Positions 26,752 through 40,600 of a stretch of DNA of 64,000 nucleotides are shown one piece after another; within the stretch, counting starts at the first letter, position 1; each line of letters begins with the position of its first letter. The notes below the pieces were generated by a model. The model saw nothing but the letters and a program-made list of their open reading frames with translations. It was not told the origin of the DNA and did not search any database. A program made the position numbers and the translations under genes. The stretch is from an uncultured virus (IMG/VR IMGVR_UViG_3300013947_000029) (taxonomy: Duplodnaviria; Heunggongvirae; Uroviricota; Caudoviricetes; Crassvirales), in IMG/VR virus record IMGVR_UViG_3300013947_000029; one strand, given 5' to 3'.

Positions 26752-29700
26752 ATTCATAAAATTGCTGTGCTTTTTCTGGATTATAAGTTCTTTTTAATGT
26801 TCTATACCATAATGTTAGAGGACTTCTCATAAATGCTCTATAACCACTAGAATGTCCTTTATACTCACCATTTTCTATTTCATCCATCCAATTAGGAATC
26901 CACAGGCAACTAGTGAGATTAGCTATATCAGACCATAATGATGTATTGGCTACAGGAGACTTTACTAATTTAATACCTTCAGTTAACATAAAAGGAGAGG
27001 GTATTAAAGCTGCTAATTCTGTCCTTTCTCTTAAAGCCCAGTAATTAAGAACCCTCATAGCCCATCTTCTGTCTTTATTTTTAGGTTTGCCTAGCAGAGT
27101 ACATATAGCAGCTACTACAATAAATTGAAATACTTCTGTTACTGCTCTTTTTACATTAGCTTTCTCATAATCTTCAAGGTCATTCCATACTTCTTTAAGA
27201 TTCTTTTCTCCTACAGTAAGTTCATTATAAAGTTGTTTACCAAAGTTATAAGTTGTTCTATAATAACCTTCAACAATTCCTCCTTTCATCATATTGGTAG
27301 TTTTTGCACCAAATCTTGCTCTAAATTGTGCAGGAATCCAGTCTCTATACTGCATAATAAATTTGCCCCAAATAACTCGTCTTGCTGCTATAGAATCTTC
27401 CTTATTATAGATACCAAATAAATGTTGATTTACATAAGTTATTTTATTGGTTATATCTGCAATATTTTTTTCTGTAAATTTACTACCATCAAGATTAGTT
27501 ACACCTTCTTTTATCTGCAATTTATATCCAAGCTTTAAATTATTAGGATTAATTGGAACTCTTTCTAAAGCATCTTTTAAAGATATTTGTTTTCCAGTAG
27601 TATTATCAAGTAATTTAGTCCTAATAGCAATACCTAAAGCTGTCCTATTATATAACCAATGGTCTCCTGCTTCTTGTCCTATATATTGAAACCCTGGGCC
27701 AAATATTCTTGTAAGAATAGTTTTATTAAGCCAGTTTTTATGTTTTATTTTACCACTAAAATCCTGCCTTACATCAAACATATCATCAAAAAGGGATAGC
27801 CAGCTATCAGGAATTCTTTGTCCTATATCAGAAATATAGCTTTTCAATTCCTTTATATAAGTAGCATCTGCTTTAGCTAGCTCAGAGGCATTAAAAAATT
27901 CTCCAGAGGCAGCTTCAATATTAAGCATAGCTATACCAGTACCAACATTGGCAAGATTAGCAAGAGCATTAAATCCTAATTGTACTGTAGAACCTAACTT
28001 AAGCAATAATCCTGTAGCTTTATTAATATCTATTCCATTAAACTCTCCATTATCTACAAAGTATCTCTGGTATATTTTAGAATCAAAAAAGGTATCTAAT
28101 GCTTTTTTAAAGTTAGAAGAAGCTACTTCTACAGTAATAGGGGCTTCTGATACTCTTCCTCCGGCTCTCCATCTTTCTATCAAAGGTCTGCCACCTTGTG
28201 TAGCTTGTATTGTCCTACCTTTGCCATCTATATTATAGGTAAGCCATCTTCCTATTTCTAGAGGATTTAGAACTTCATCCATAGCTTTATAATTGTAACT
28301 CATCTCAGCGTAAGCACATAAAGTACTTATAACATCAGTAGATAAATCAGAACAATCCATATTAGGATTTTCATCTACATAATAAGTAGGGAGTTTAAGA
28401 ATCTCTTCTCCATTAAAACCTTTAATACCCTTAGTGTAAGAAATGTCATCATCATAGCTTCTTATAACTTTAGACTTTATTTCTTTACCAAAAGTATCAA
28501 AATCACCTTTAAGTAAAGCATCTTTACTTCTCTCCATCATACTTTTTCTAATCTTAATAGTAGAATATAATGTAGTAGTTTTAGGTCCGAGATTAGCATC
28601 TAACTCTTCTTTTAATTCTATCCATCTATCATAAAACTCTTTTTGTGCTGGTGTAAAGGAATCATATTTAGAAGGATATTTTTTATAGCTAGGTATTAGG
28701 TGTTTATAACCATTTTCTTCAGTTATACTAATAGTATTAGCTCTAATCCAAGTTTGTAAAGCTTCTTTCTTATCATTATACTCTTTAGTTCCTAATATAG
28801 GGTGTTTTCCATACTTAGAATTAAGAGTTTCTATATGTGCTTTTTTAGCCCTCTCATAAGAAGCTTTGTCATATCCTATATTAATACCATCTCTTATGTC
28901 CTTCATTATGTAGTGTCTCTTATCTTCTTCAAACATAAAGTCATAGTTAGTAATACCTCTACTTTCAAACTCTTTTCCTAAGGCTAAAATTTTTTGGGAA
29001 GCTTCTATAACTCTAAGTCTTTTTTCTGTAATTTGTCTCTTATAGACTTTATCAAATATTTGTAATAAGACATCTGGATTATCTGCCATAGAGTTAAACC
29101 AATATTGGAACATAGAAACATCTTTATCTGCATTTTTGATAATATGTTCTATAGTAGTTTTAACCATCCTACCATCTTTATTCTTTATCATTATATCCTC
29201 TCCTATAAAGGGTTTTAAGAACTCCACAAAATCTTTAAGTGCAGCATTAGAAAAACTATTAATAAAAGAAGTATATAAAGAATCTACTGTATTTAGGGCA
29301 TCTATAGTAGTTTTTACAGCATTGCCTAATCCATTAGTATTATCTCCACTAATTTTAGAATATATAACATCTACTTCTGTTTCTTTTATAGGAATTATAT
29401 CTTCTTTTATAGGAGAAGCCCCTTTAAAGATGTTATCATTAGCATAAAGTTGATTATTGTCTTTTGCTTCATAAGATGTATCTCCTTTCTCTTGTGCTGT
29501 AGTAGCACCTTTTGGTACAGGATATGATACTTTTATAGGTATAATATTAAGGCTTGATACTTTGATACCATATTTTTCTTCTACAAACCTTTTATATAAG
29601 GATAATTGTTTAGCATACTTATGTTTAGTTTCTTCTTTTATGGAAGAACGATGAGTTTTCATATCATAAATATGCCAATTACCGTTCTTATCATACCCCA

Positions 29701-31678
29701 GCAAATCAAGTGTTCCTACTACATTTATTTTATGAAGTTTCCCTGTACCATCTATAGTATCAATAGTACCATTAACAGTAACATCTCTTGGAATAATAGT
29801 AATCCCTTTACTGTCTAAATCCTCTTTAAAACTCTTAAGCTGCTCTTTAAATGCTCCCCAAGCTTCTCCTGTGGCATTAGGATAATTTTTTTCTAAATCT
29901 TCTTTAGTCATATTGTCTAATTTACCACTAAAGAAGTCTCTTACAAAATTATCAATACCAGTACCTATATTAGTAGAAGGTGTTACCCAAGGACTTAGAG
30001 GGTCAATAGGTTTTCCATCTTCAGTAAATTGTATTACTTCTGTTACTCTTTTGCCTTTAACTCCTGTTTCAATATTAACATAGCTACTTTCATCTTCTGA
30101 TAATTTCCACTTTTTACTTTCTTCTACAATAGTATCAGCTATTTGTTTTAAGGACATTTTTGAAGTATCTACAGCATCATTTATAATACCTTCAAATTCT
30201 TGTAATTGGTTTTCTATGTCTCCTATTACAAACTTTTGATTAGCTATTTGTTCATCGGAAATATATGCATCTGTCATAAGACTTCTAAGTTCAGCGATAG
30301 TAGGAGCAAAAGCCATTGCCGTAGTTAAACAGTTTCTATATACTGTAAATTTATCTCTATTACTTAACCCTCCTATATTTTTAATACTCTTAGTAATATT
30401 TCTAAGTTCTGATATAGATAGTGATAAGATATTAGATATTGCTGCTATAGTTTCTTCAGTATTTTCTGCTTTATAAACTTCTCTGCCTATAGAGGAATAA
30501 AACTCCCAAGCTTGTGTTTTTTGAGAAGTATCTTCATTTTTCCTTAACTTAGTTAAATTATCCCTAAGAGCACTGACTTTACTAAACCTCTCAGTAATCA
30601 CTTTTAGTTTATCTACTTGTATTTTAGCTTTTTCACTAAGAGCATTAAATACTTTATTGTCTTTAGCAGCTTCAATTTGCTCAGAAGTAAGTTTTCTTTC
30701 TCCTTCCATAATACTTTTTGCAAAAGAAGATAATTCTTTATTTATATTATCTAAGTTATTCTGCAAAGTAGTAGGATTAAAGCCTTTAAAGAAAGATACT
30801 ATTCTATTTACAAGTCTTTTTAATAGAGGCTGTTTTACAGGGATATTATTTTTTAAATTTAAAAAAGTAGTTTGTAAAGCTTGTCCTAAAGCTTCTTCTG
30901 CTATCATATAAGAATCCCCATCATAAAAAGCTTGTACTTGCTGATACTCTTCTCCTAACACATTCCTTGCATTTTTTTCATCAAGAAAAAAGTTAAGAGC
31001 TCTTTGCATTAATGGCTCTTGATTAAAAGCTCTTACAAGTAGATGCGAAAATTCCTCAGATATAGCTTTAAAACCTTCCATATTATTAGCTACTCTAATA
31101 AGATTTACAAATTCTCTTCCTATAGATTTAGCATGGTTAAAATCTGTAACTCCTACTCTTCCTACACCTTGCTCTATATCCATAAGTTGTCCTATAGTTA
31201 TACCTACAGAGGATAGCATTCTTACAATAGCTTCATTAATCTCTAATATGCCTTTTTGATTAGTAGCTATAGCTTTGTTTTCTTCATTACTAGGTACTAT
31301 ATTAATAGTAAGTTTATTCTCCTTGTCATAGTTTACAATAGCTATAGTATTAATATGATGCTTATTATACTCTATAGCTTGTTTAACTAATAACTTAGTA
31401 TTATCAATAGTATCTTCTATATGAGGTTGTAGTTTATTCTCAGATTCAATAATAGTAGAATCTGTTAAATATCGTCTTACTAATTCATTATTTAATATAC
31501 TATTAAAAGTAGGAATACCTTCACTATCCAATTGAATAGAGTCTTTAAAAGCTTCTTTAAATTTACTTCTTGATACTATATTAAAGATATGGGCAGCTTT
31601 TTCATGCCCATATCTTTTTTTCAGTTCTATAAAAGTTTTACTACCATTCTTAGGTAGATATACACAACTATCCGCCAT
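26750..31678 (-). CDS. Giant virion protein (1642 aa) with degenerate zincin-like and PD-(D/E)XK nuclease domains
   Basis: EEFSH...AEEALG; GTLDLL...IYDMKT...YAKQLSLY; C-terminal MQYRDW..RF..EGYYRT. Confidence 0.65.
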   Translation of the reverse strand: MADSCVYLPKNGSKTFIELKKRYGHEKAAHIFNIVSRSKFKEAFKDSIQLDSEGIPTFNSILNNELVRRYLTDSTIIESENKLQPHIEDTIDNTKLLVKQAIEYNKHHINTIAIVNYDKENKLTINIVPSNEENKAIATNQKGILEINEAIVRMLSSVGITIGQLMDIEQGVGRVGVTDFNHAKSIGREFVNLIRVANNMEGFKAISEEFSHLLVRAFNQEPLMQRALNFFLDEKNARNVLGEEYQQVQAFYDGDSYMIAEEALGQALQTTFLNLKNNIPVKQPLLKRLVNRIVSFFKGFNPTTLQNNLDNINKELSSFAKSIMEGERKLTSEQIEAAKDNKVFNALSEKAKIQVDKLKVITERFSKVSALRDNLTKLRKNEDTSQKTQAWEFYSSIGREVYKAENTEETIAAISNILSLSISELRNITKSIKNIGGLSNRDKFTVYRNCLTTAMAFAPTIAELRSLMTDAYISDEQIANQKFVIGDIENQLQEFEGIINDAVDTSKMSLKQIADTIVEESKKWKLSEDESSYVNIETGVKGKRVTEVIQFTEDGKPIDPLSPWVTPSTNIGTGIDNFVRDFFSGKLDNMTKEDLEKNYPNATGEAWGAFKEQLKSFKEDLDSKGITIIPRDVTVNGTIDTIDGTGKLHKINVVGTLDLLGYDKNGNWHIYDMKTHRSSIKEETKHKYAKQLSLYKRFVEEKYGIKVSSLNIIPIKVSYPVPKGATTAQEKGDTSYEAKDNNQLYANDNIFKGASPIKEDIIPIKETEVDVIYSKISGDNTNGLGNAVKTTIDALNTVDSLYTSFINSFSNAALKDFVEFLKPFIGEDIMIKNKDGRMVKTTIEHIIKNADKDVSMFQYWFNSMADNPDVLLQIFDKVYKRQITEKRLRVIEASQKILALGKEFESRGITNYDFMFEEDKRHYIMKDIRDGINIGYDKASYERAKKAHIETLNSKYGKHPILGTKEYNDKKEALQTWIRANTISITEENGYKHLIPSYKKYPSKYDSFTPAQKEFYDRWIELKEELDANLGPKTTTLYSTIKIRKSMMERSKDALLKGDFDTFGKEIKSKVIRSYDDDISYTKGIKGFNGEEILKLPTYYVDENPNMDCSDLSTDVISTLCAYAEMSYNYKAMDEVLNPLEIGRWLTYNIDGKGRTIQATQGGRPLIERWRAGGRVSEAPITVEVASSNFKKALDTFFDSKIYQRYFVDNGEFNGIDINKATGLLLKLGSTVQLGFNALANLANVGTGIAMLNIEAASGEFFNASELAKADATYIKELKSYISDIGQRIPDSWLSLFDDMFDVRQDFSGKIKHKNWLNKTILTRIFGPGFQYIGQEAGDHWLYNRTALGIAIRTKLLDNTTGKQISLKDALERVPINPNNLKLGYKLQIKEGVTNLDGSKFTEKNIADITNKITYVNQHLFGIYNKEDSIAARRVIWGKFIMQYRDWIPAQFRARFGAKTTNMMKGGIVEGYYRTTYNFGKQLYNELTVGEKNLKEVWNDLEDYEKANVKRAVTEVFQFIVVAAICTLLGKPKNKDRRWAMRVLNYWALRERTELAALIPSPFMLTEGIKLVKSPVANTSLWSDIANLTSCLWIPNWMDEIENGEYKGHSSGYRAFMRSPLTLWYRTLKRTYNPEKAQQFYE

Positions 31679-31689
31679 GTTTATATATT

Positions 31690-34600
31690 TTATTTTTTAC
31701 AAATATTATTCTCTTCATCTTCTACGGGGGCTTCAAAATCATCCAAATTTTGCTTTGTATTGCTATTACTATTATCTACTTCTTCTGGAATAAATAATGA
31801 ATCATTTTCTTCTGGAATATATAGTGAATCATCTACTTCTTCGGGAACTGCTGTGATATTATCACGATTATTAGAATTTTCACTATCTTCTTCTATAGTA
31901 GAATAGTAATTATTTGTAGACCCTTCTAATTGCTCTATTTCATTAGCCTTTTTATCGCTTATAGAGTCTGTTATATTGTCAGCTTTGTCATTTGTGTTAT
32001 CATCAAATGTAAGTACTTTATCTGCTAGTTCTTCAGCATCTGTTTGAGGTACTGCTGCTTCTTCTATATTGTCTTTCCCTAAGGCTTCTCTTACTTTACT
32101 AACATTAGAGGTATCACCAAAATCTTTTAAATTAGTATAATCAATCTCAGCGATAGTTTTTGTACTATCATAAAATGGGGTCCTTAATCCATTATAAGGC
32201 TTTCTTATATACATAGGCTCACTATCTAAAGAATTACTAGCTAAAACATACATACCACTATATTTACCATTTCTTATCATGATTATAGGAATATTAGATT
32301 TATCATATTTAGTGCTAATAGCAGCCAGTCCATTGGCATCTTCTAACTGCATTATAGCATTTCCATTTTCATCTTCATAAAACTTAAAATACTTAAGAAA
32401 TTTTTTATTTAAATTCTTAACATACCTAGGATTATTCATAAGAAATTGTAATACATAATTTTTCAAGTAATCATCAATTGCTTTAGACTCTAGTAATTGT
32501 TTATTTCTAGACTTAAGTACATTCAAATATCTAGGCATATTTTCATAGAAAGCATTACTAATGAATATACCATAATTACTATGCCCAAAATTAAAACCAC
32601 AGTAGTAATAGGCATAATTAAACAAATCTTCTGCAAATTGTACTACTTCTGGGTCTTTAGATGCTAGAAGCTGAGTTAATTCTTCTGAAAAATATTTTCT
32701 ACTTTTAGGAGAAACCTTTCCTACATTATTAAATGTGATTCCAGACTTAGTATTAGTGGACATACTTTTAATAATAGTCATATTTCTTACATTTAAATGT
32801 TTATAGTTTCCCCATTTATCTTTCTCTTCTAAAAAGAGTTTGAACTTTATAGGGAAATCATGTATGTAATAGTTTCTCTTCTCCATAATATCTTTACTAT
32901 CACTACCAAAACGAGAGTCAGCTCCTGAGAGTAAATACATTGTAAGTTCACTATAGAACATTCTAAGTTCTTTTACTGCTTTTGAGGAGGTTAAAGGGTT
33001 ACCAGTAAGATTGCTAAGTAGCTGTATAGCTTGCTGAACACTTGTAGTAAATTGAGGTAATAAATTATATTTTCCTAATAGAGAGTAAGCACTTGTAAGT
33101 CCTAAAGTGTAAAAGGCCTGCATTCTTGGCACTGCCTTACTTAAAAATTTCTCTCTGATATCGTTATCTGTAGTAGCATCTAAATCAATATCTATAAATT
33201 GTTCAAACCCTTGTATAGGGCTACTAGGATTTGCAATTAATGTGTCTCCTACCTTTTTAGTTACAGTATTTATAAAAGCTTGTGCTTTCATACGTTGCTG
33301 TGTTACTTCTGCAGTACTAATAGCTAAAGCCCCATTAGGAGAATCACATCTAGAAATATCTGTAGATTGATTAAGTAATAGACTTAAATTTTGGATATTC
33401 TGCATCCATCCTAAAAACATTCCTGCTTGTGTTTTATTTATTGGTTTATGTAGCCTGAAGTTAACTATCATTTCTACTATTTCTTCTATGTTTCCTTCAA
33501 AATCTTTCCAGTGCTTATAGCCTTCTGTTATATCAGCATCTTGTACTTTTAATTCTTTTATATGAGCTATTAAATCATCACAAGTATTAAGAATTCCTAC
33601 AGTTTGAGGGTCACAGCCTATCCTAGTTAAAAAAGCCACTCTTGCTATAGTTTTACCATTGGCATTCAAATCTCCAAGTGTAGGGTCTTTACCATTATCA
33701 GGAGAAGCAGATTGAAATTCTTTAGCATCATCACCAATTCTTTTCCCTGTAAGGGGTGATATTACAGGGTCTATATTAGTAACTGTAACTATAGGTTTTC
33801 CTAATAGCTTTATATTAAATTGAGATTCTGGATGTATAGATAATCCTCTACCATTATTTATAAACTGAAATTTATAATGACTTGAAGAACTTACAGCAAA
33901 CATACCTATAAGGTCATTACCATCCATAAGATTTCTGTGATTCTTAGCATAATCTATAATACTTAATGGGTCATCTACAGTAGCTTCTTTATCATAAAAA
34001 GATTCCAAAGCATTAATTCCATCATCTATAGTAGCATCTTTATAGTCTCTTCCATATTTATCTAAAACATATAAGAAACTATGTGCAGCTATTTCTTTCT
34101 TATGAGCATCATAGAACTTTTGTAAAGCTTTAGGGTCTTTCATTATTCTTTGTTCCCTAGAAGCATGTTTTACATTTTTGTAAGAGGAAGGAAGAAGAGA
34201 TAATTGACTGCCTGCACTAGAGCTAAGTATTTCTCTTATAAAGTCTATGAGCATATTATCTCTTATTTTCTTTCTGTCCTTTGTAGAATATCCTTTTAAT
34301 AAAGAAATATCTTCTATAGACATGCCTTTAGTTATTCTAGGAGAATAAGCTCTATAATACGGCATCTTATCAGGTATAGGATTTATATCAAGATACTCTT
34401 CAAAATCTTCATATTTTTCACTATAAAAATCTATTTCTTCTTGTGTAAGCCCTGTTTTTCTTCTTAGTTTATCTATAAGACTTTTAAGAGAGCTTTTATA
34501 TTCTTCATCAGAAGATTCACTATTATATAACTTATATAAGTAATTAGTAATACCTTTAATATAATTGGCATCTACTACTTCTCTTCTGAAATTTTTTAGC

Positions 34601-37600
34601 ATTAAAAATAATTTATCAATATCAAAGTCTGTACCTGACATAGTTATAATATCACTAGGTAATATCATTGCAGTACCAGCAGAGATAGGTAAGAATCCTT
34701 CGATTCTTAAATTAAAGATAGAACATTTATTTTCTGTAGGTATTCTATAACCTATTATTCTCAATAGCTCTTCATTTCCTTTTATTCTGTTATAATCTAT
34801 AGACCACCATGTTTCTCCAGATTCAGGGTCAACATGCTCTACTAAAACATCTTGTATAATACTTCTTTTATAAGCAGGCATATAGCAAGGAATATAGTCT
34901 ATACATTTATTACCTTTAGCATCTTTCTTATATTTTATTTTTAAGTTATTACTAAAACCAAAGTTAGATACTAAAACTATATTACCTCCATTAATCTTCT
35001 GTTTTTGTATAGCATTTTTAAATGCACTAAGTAATAATTCTTCTATTTTATTAGTAAGATTAGGATTATTAAATGGTATCTTAAAAGCAGTTCTTGTTTC
35101 ATTTAGTTGCAATGCTGCTTCAACATCACTACCATATTTAGGATTATTACGCATTTGTGCTAACAAAGAAGCTTGTAATTTTTCTATATTACTATATTCA
35201 TCTTTTATTTTAGAGAAGGAGTCTAATAATTGGTCAACTATAAGAGTATTGTAATATTTTACAGCTTCTTCCCTATTTAAGGTTTTCTTTACTCCTCCAA
35301 TATTTACTGTAATAGTAAAATCTTCTGGAAGGTCTGCAGGGATAATATTTCTAAGCTGAGAGCCAAATAAAGCCATCAAATCATCTTCTGTAAGATGGTC
35401 TCCAGAAGGCTGTACTACCATATAATCTGACAGTGGTACTATATGAAGTTTATCAGGGTTAAGTACCCATTGTTCTCCATCTTTCTTTAATACATCTAAT
35501 CCTATTTGGGAATAACAATCTAAATAGCCTTTTTCAGAATTTTCAAAATCTACTAGGTTAACAGCATTATTATATTGTTCCTGTGATATTTTTCCTTCTT
35601 TTAGAAGCTTATCTAAGTCGTAGAAATAATCAGTAATACTATCAGTAGATATATTATAGCCATTTACTTGTAGCCCTTTCTTTTGTAAAGCATTGAATCT
35701 ACTCTTGCTATAGGAAATATTAGTACTTTCAGAATATCCTTCCTTTACAACAGAATGGAAGTGTACCACATCAATATCATAATCTTCCATAAATTTTTGT
35801 AAGGCTCTTAATTGTGGGGAAGTATTAAGAGCAGAGCCCACAATACCAAACATTGAAGTCAAAAGGTATTCAGAGTTTTTATGTTGAGTTACTACTTTTT
35901 CATTTCTACCTCCTACTTTAATAGATTCATGACTAAATAAAAAAGGTTTTATATTATTCCATATTGCAAAGAAATCTTTTAAATCCAGTCTATGTTCCAC
36001 AGTCATTCTATAATAAGCCTCATCCATATCTTTAGTCCACTTTCCTCCCATAGCTTCTAGTACTTTCTTCATACCTTTAGCTGTTCTAAGGGATTGACCA
36101 TCTGTAGTACAAATATCAGTATAAGCTTTTAATGTGCCAAGGATAATATCTTTAGTAAGTGGAGATGTTCCAACATTAGATTCTAATAGCTCTTTAATCT
36201 CCTCATAGGAGTTAGAAACTCTAAAAGAGTCTTCAATATAAAGGGAATGTTCCATTATTTTGCCTTTATTATGGCCCTGCTCATCCATTTCATAACCATA
36301 AACTCTGTCTCCAGCAGCATAGGCTTGCTTATTCCTTTTAATAAAGTCTCTAAAATTTTTATAGTATGCCAAATCTCCACCTAGTAACTGTATTATTTGG
36401 GACTGAGCAAAATAATCATTATAGAAAAACTCTATAAGCAGCTTTTCTATATCTTCTTTTTGCTGCTTTTTAAGTTCTTTTTTCTCTTTAGCATCTTCTT
36501 CATCCCAAATAATATCTTCTGAACTATTACTATCCTTAGATTTCCCTAAATTTGTGTAGTTCTGTAATATAGTGTTTCTACGTTTCTCATCAATACTATT
36601 AAGAAATTCCTGTAATTTACCCCCCTCTCTAAGTCCTGTAATAGGATTTATAGGGCCTTCAATTATATCAGCTAGTAGATTAATTAAATAGTTTTGACTT
36701 TTTTCTTTGAATTCTACACTATTTAAAGAAGTAAATCCTGAGTAGGTATTAATTACTTCATCAAGTTTACTATTTAATGCAGGGAAGAAATTAAACTTAG
36801 CACCATTAGTTTTTCCCTCATTATAAAATTCAATTCTTCTGATGTTTTTATTACGATTATTACGTACATCTATTATTCTTTCTATTTCTTGTCTTAAAAC
36901 TTTAGAAAGATTATATAGTATTTTTTGTTTATAATCTTTTCCTGTATATCTAACTCCTTTAAATAATACAGAAGCAGCAGTGTCAGAGAATAAAGGATTT
37001 CTATACCATCCATATGTTGTACCATGACTATCAGTATTACCTTGAAAAAAGGCCATAATGAAACCATCTATAAGGGATTCAGTATCTGTTTTACCTACAG
37101 AATGGGATTCATCTTCATCTCCTTTAAAAGATAATAGATTTAGTATTTTAAAATTCTTTCTTATACTATAATCTCCAAAGTCTCCTTCTTCATACAGTTG
37201 TTGTGCCCAAGTATTATACCACTCTCCTGTTTTTTGATTCCTAAAGAAGTCATACTGGCCGAAGTTTTCTTGTAGCCATTGTGTTCCCCTTTCTATTGCT
37301 TCTTTACTATCTACTTTTTGTAAGAGATTTGTCATTCTAGTAATATAATCATATGCAGTATAGCTATTCATAGTATTACCAGCAAATCTAAAGACATTTT
37401 GAGAATATCCTTCACTAGCAATAGTAAGTGCACTACCTATTGCTAAATAAGCATTTTGAAATTTCTTTACTAGATTATCTTTTGCTTGATACCCTAATGT
37501 AGGTCTAGTAATAATAATAGCCATTTCTAGAATATTCTTAATTCTATTTTTCATGTCTTTAGTAAATAGGCTGTTAAAGTATTCTACAGGAGTCATATTA

Positions 37601-40600
37601 TGGTCATCTGCTTCCTCTATAAAATCTACTGTAAAATCTTCAGACAACATTCCATCTTCTTGTACTTCAAAAGCTTCTATATTAGGGATTAAAGCTTCAA
37701 GATTTACATCATTAGTATCTACTCCTAGATTGTTTAATAGGCTTTCTAATGATATTTTAGGGTATTTAGGATGTTCACCTCTTAGTATTTGTAATACTAC
37801 TGCAAGATTTTGAGGAGTGCTATTTTTCCTATCTAATATACCATTTACATAGGCAAAAGGAACTTTGCTAATATCTTCTTTCTTATCTTTTTTTATAAGT
37901 AAATGATATAAACTAGCTACATTACCTGCATTTCTAGTACCATCTTCATTATATATAGAATTATTACCTATAACAAAGTGTCCTTCATAATTTTTTGTGA
38001 CCTGCTCTAGGAAAGTAGAAGATTTATTATCTCTATTTTTATAGGTAAGTCTACCATTATTTCCTATAATAGCAAAAGTAGTGAAACTCTTGCAAGACCT
38101 GAAAAACTCTTTTCTAAAATCAATATCAAAAGCTGTAGGGTTATAAGGATTGAATACTACATTATCTTTTAATTCTTGTAACCAAGGATAGTTGTTTACA
38201 GCTGTTTCAAACATATTATCTAGTTCTTCTTCTGAACTTATATTTTGAAATTCCTGCAATACTATGTAGTAAGCTACCATAGGATTAAGCTTTACTCTAA
38301 TTCCCAGAGAATTAAAGTAATACTCAATATCATTAGCTCTTTTAGTATTAGTGTTTATTTTATAAATATGTGCAAGTTTGTTTTTAAATTTCACTGAGAT
38401 AGTATCTATAGGATTTAAAAGCTTATATTTAATCATATAGCCTTCCTTATTTGGATTCTCTAGCTCATTCTGCACATCTTGTTCTTTATCAGTAATTTCC
38501 TCTTGGGATTCTGAAACATTCCCAGTAGTGTCTAATCTTAGATTTTCATTAAACTCAATATCAAAAGCAGCTTCTTTTATTAGAGCATCAAACACATTTT
38601 CATTTGTAAAATGTTTAGTAAAATATCCCTTTAAATACCGTACTCTAAAAATGGCTTTTTCCTTAATATTTTTATAGTTCCATCCCCTTTGCTGTGCTTC
38701 ATAATAAAATTCTCTTCCTAAATAAGAATCTGTATTAATAGAATCATCTTCCTTATTTAAAAAGTAATTATATACTAATTGCTCTATATCTTCAGTATTC
38801 TTAAAATCATCTATAAGAGATTTGATGTTATCAAATATTTGTAGAGGCAATGGTTTACTTCCAACATTAAGTCCTAGTAAAAATAGTCTTTGCTGTGCTT
38901 CAGTGCCTTTATTAAGTCCTGCAGAAATTCTATCATATACCTCGTCTCCTAAGCTTTCTCTATATGTTTCTTCATTATCTATAAGAGATTGTTTAAAGTC
39001 ATTTAATGTTTTGCCTAGTACAAGGCTAAAATAGTCTGACACAAAAGATACAGCAGCTATTCTTTCACTAACATTAGGAAAGGCATTACTAAGAGTATCT
39101 ATAGGAACACTATTAGGGTCAATAGCATCAAGAGGAGATACAGGCCTTTCTGCTTTAGCACTTTCAATAGCTTCTTCAAGTTTTTTCTTTGCTTCTTCCT
39201 CTCTTTGCTTTTTTAAGTCCTCTTTTCTTAAGGCTGATTTCTTAACTATATAAGAAACATAGTTTTGTTGAAAATGGTCTTTAGAAGCATCATAGTTATT
39301 TCCATATAAATCCTTAGCAGAACTTGAAAGAACAGAACCTCCAAATTTCTTTACTTCAGAAGGATTGGCTAATAAATAATTTTCAAGCAAATAATTAATA
39401 CCAATCATACTTCTAATATCTGTAGTTTTAGACTCTTTACTTAAATCCTGAAATCCAGCTCCTGGTGCTACTTGTATTCTATTACCCTTCTTGGTTACTA
39501 TAACAATTTCAGTAGGTGAATAATCTTCCATATCTTGGTCTGTAGGAGATTCAATATGGTGTATAGATATTCCTGAATCCTCTGCATATTGTTTTCTTTT
39601 ATCTTCATTAATCTTAGTAATATTAAAAGGATTAGATGTAGGGGCTTTGTCGAAGTAATCACTACTACCTGTATAATCATCAATACCTCCCCTTAAATCC
39701 TTATTAGCAGCATTAAAGTACTCTTGAGATATAGACATAATCTCTTCTAAAGCAGAGTTTTTAAGTTCTATCCCTTGTGCTTTGAATACTTTATTAAATA
39801 GATTTGTGATATAGTTTATAAACCTTTTAAAAGCATTCTCTTTCTTATCTATCTTTATTTTACTAAGCACTATTTGAAATTCTCTATTAGTTAGAGCTTC
39901 AGCTATAAATTCTTTAGCATTAGTTAAACCATACCATTCAGTTCCTTTTAATTGCTCTTTGCATTGAAGATATAAATTCCATGTATTAGTTGTAAACTCT
40001 GTTTGTGCCTCATTAAATCCTTTTATTTTAGACCAAGAAGGATGATAATTTAAGATTTCAGCAGTAACAGAATGTACCAATTCATGTGTTAATACCTTCA
40101 TTAGATTTCCTTTTATATTATTTCTATCATCAGTCATTAGATATTCTAATAATAATAAAGGATTGAATCTTATAGTAGCTGTTTTAAAACCATCTTGTTT
40201 TCTTGCTGCTATACTTTGTAATGAAGAATCTATCTCTATATTAATAGGAATATCATTATTCCTTAATATCCCAACAATTTGTTTAAATAGTTGGTGATAA
40301 GGATTGCCAGGTTTTGCTTTACTTAAAAGGTCATCTATTAAAGAGTTATCAAGAGTTATTCCCTCTTTTTTCAAGATATCTAAGGCATCTTTACCTCTCC
40401 TTTTAGTTTTTTCTTTCTCTGCAATTTTTCTTTGTCTAAGTATTTCTCTTTTAATATCTGACTCATACTTTTTACTCATTAGTTCCTCTTGAGGTAAATT
40501 CATATTGGTCATCATTAAAGTTATTGTTGAAATACATTCTGCTTCAGTAAGATTGCTTATAGTATCTTTCCCTATAATATCTTCAATTTTTTGTTTTGTA

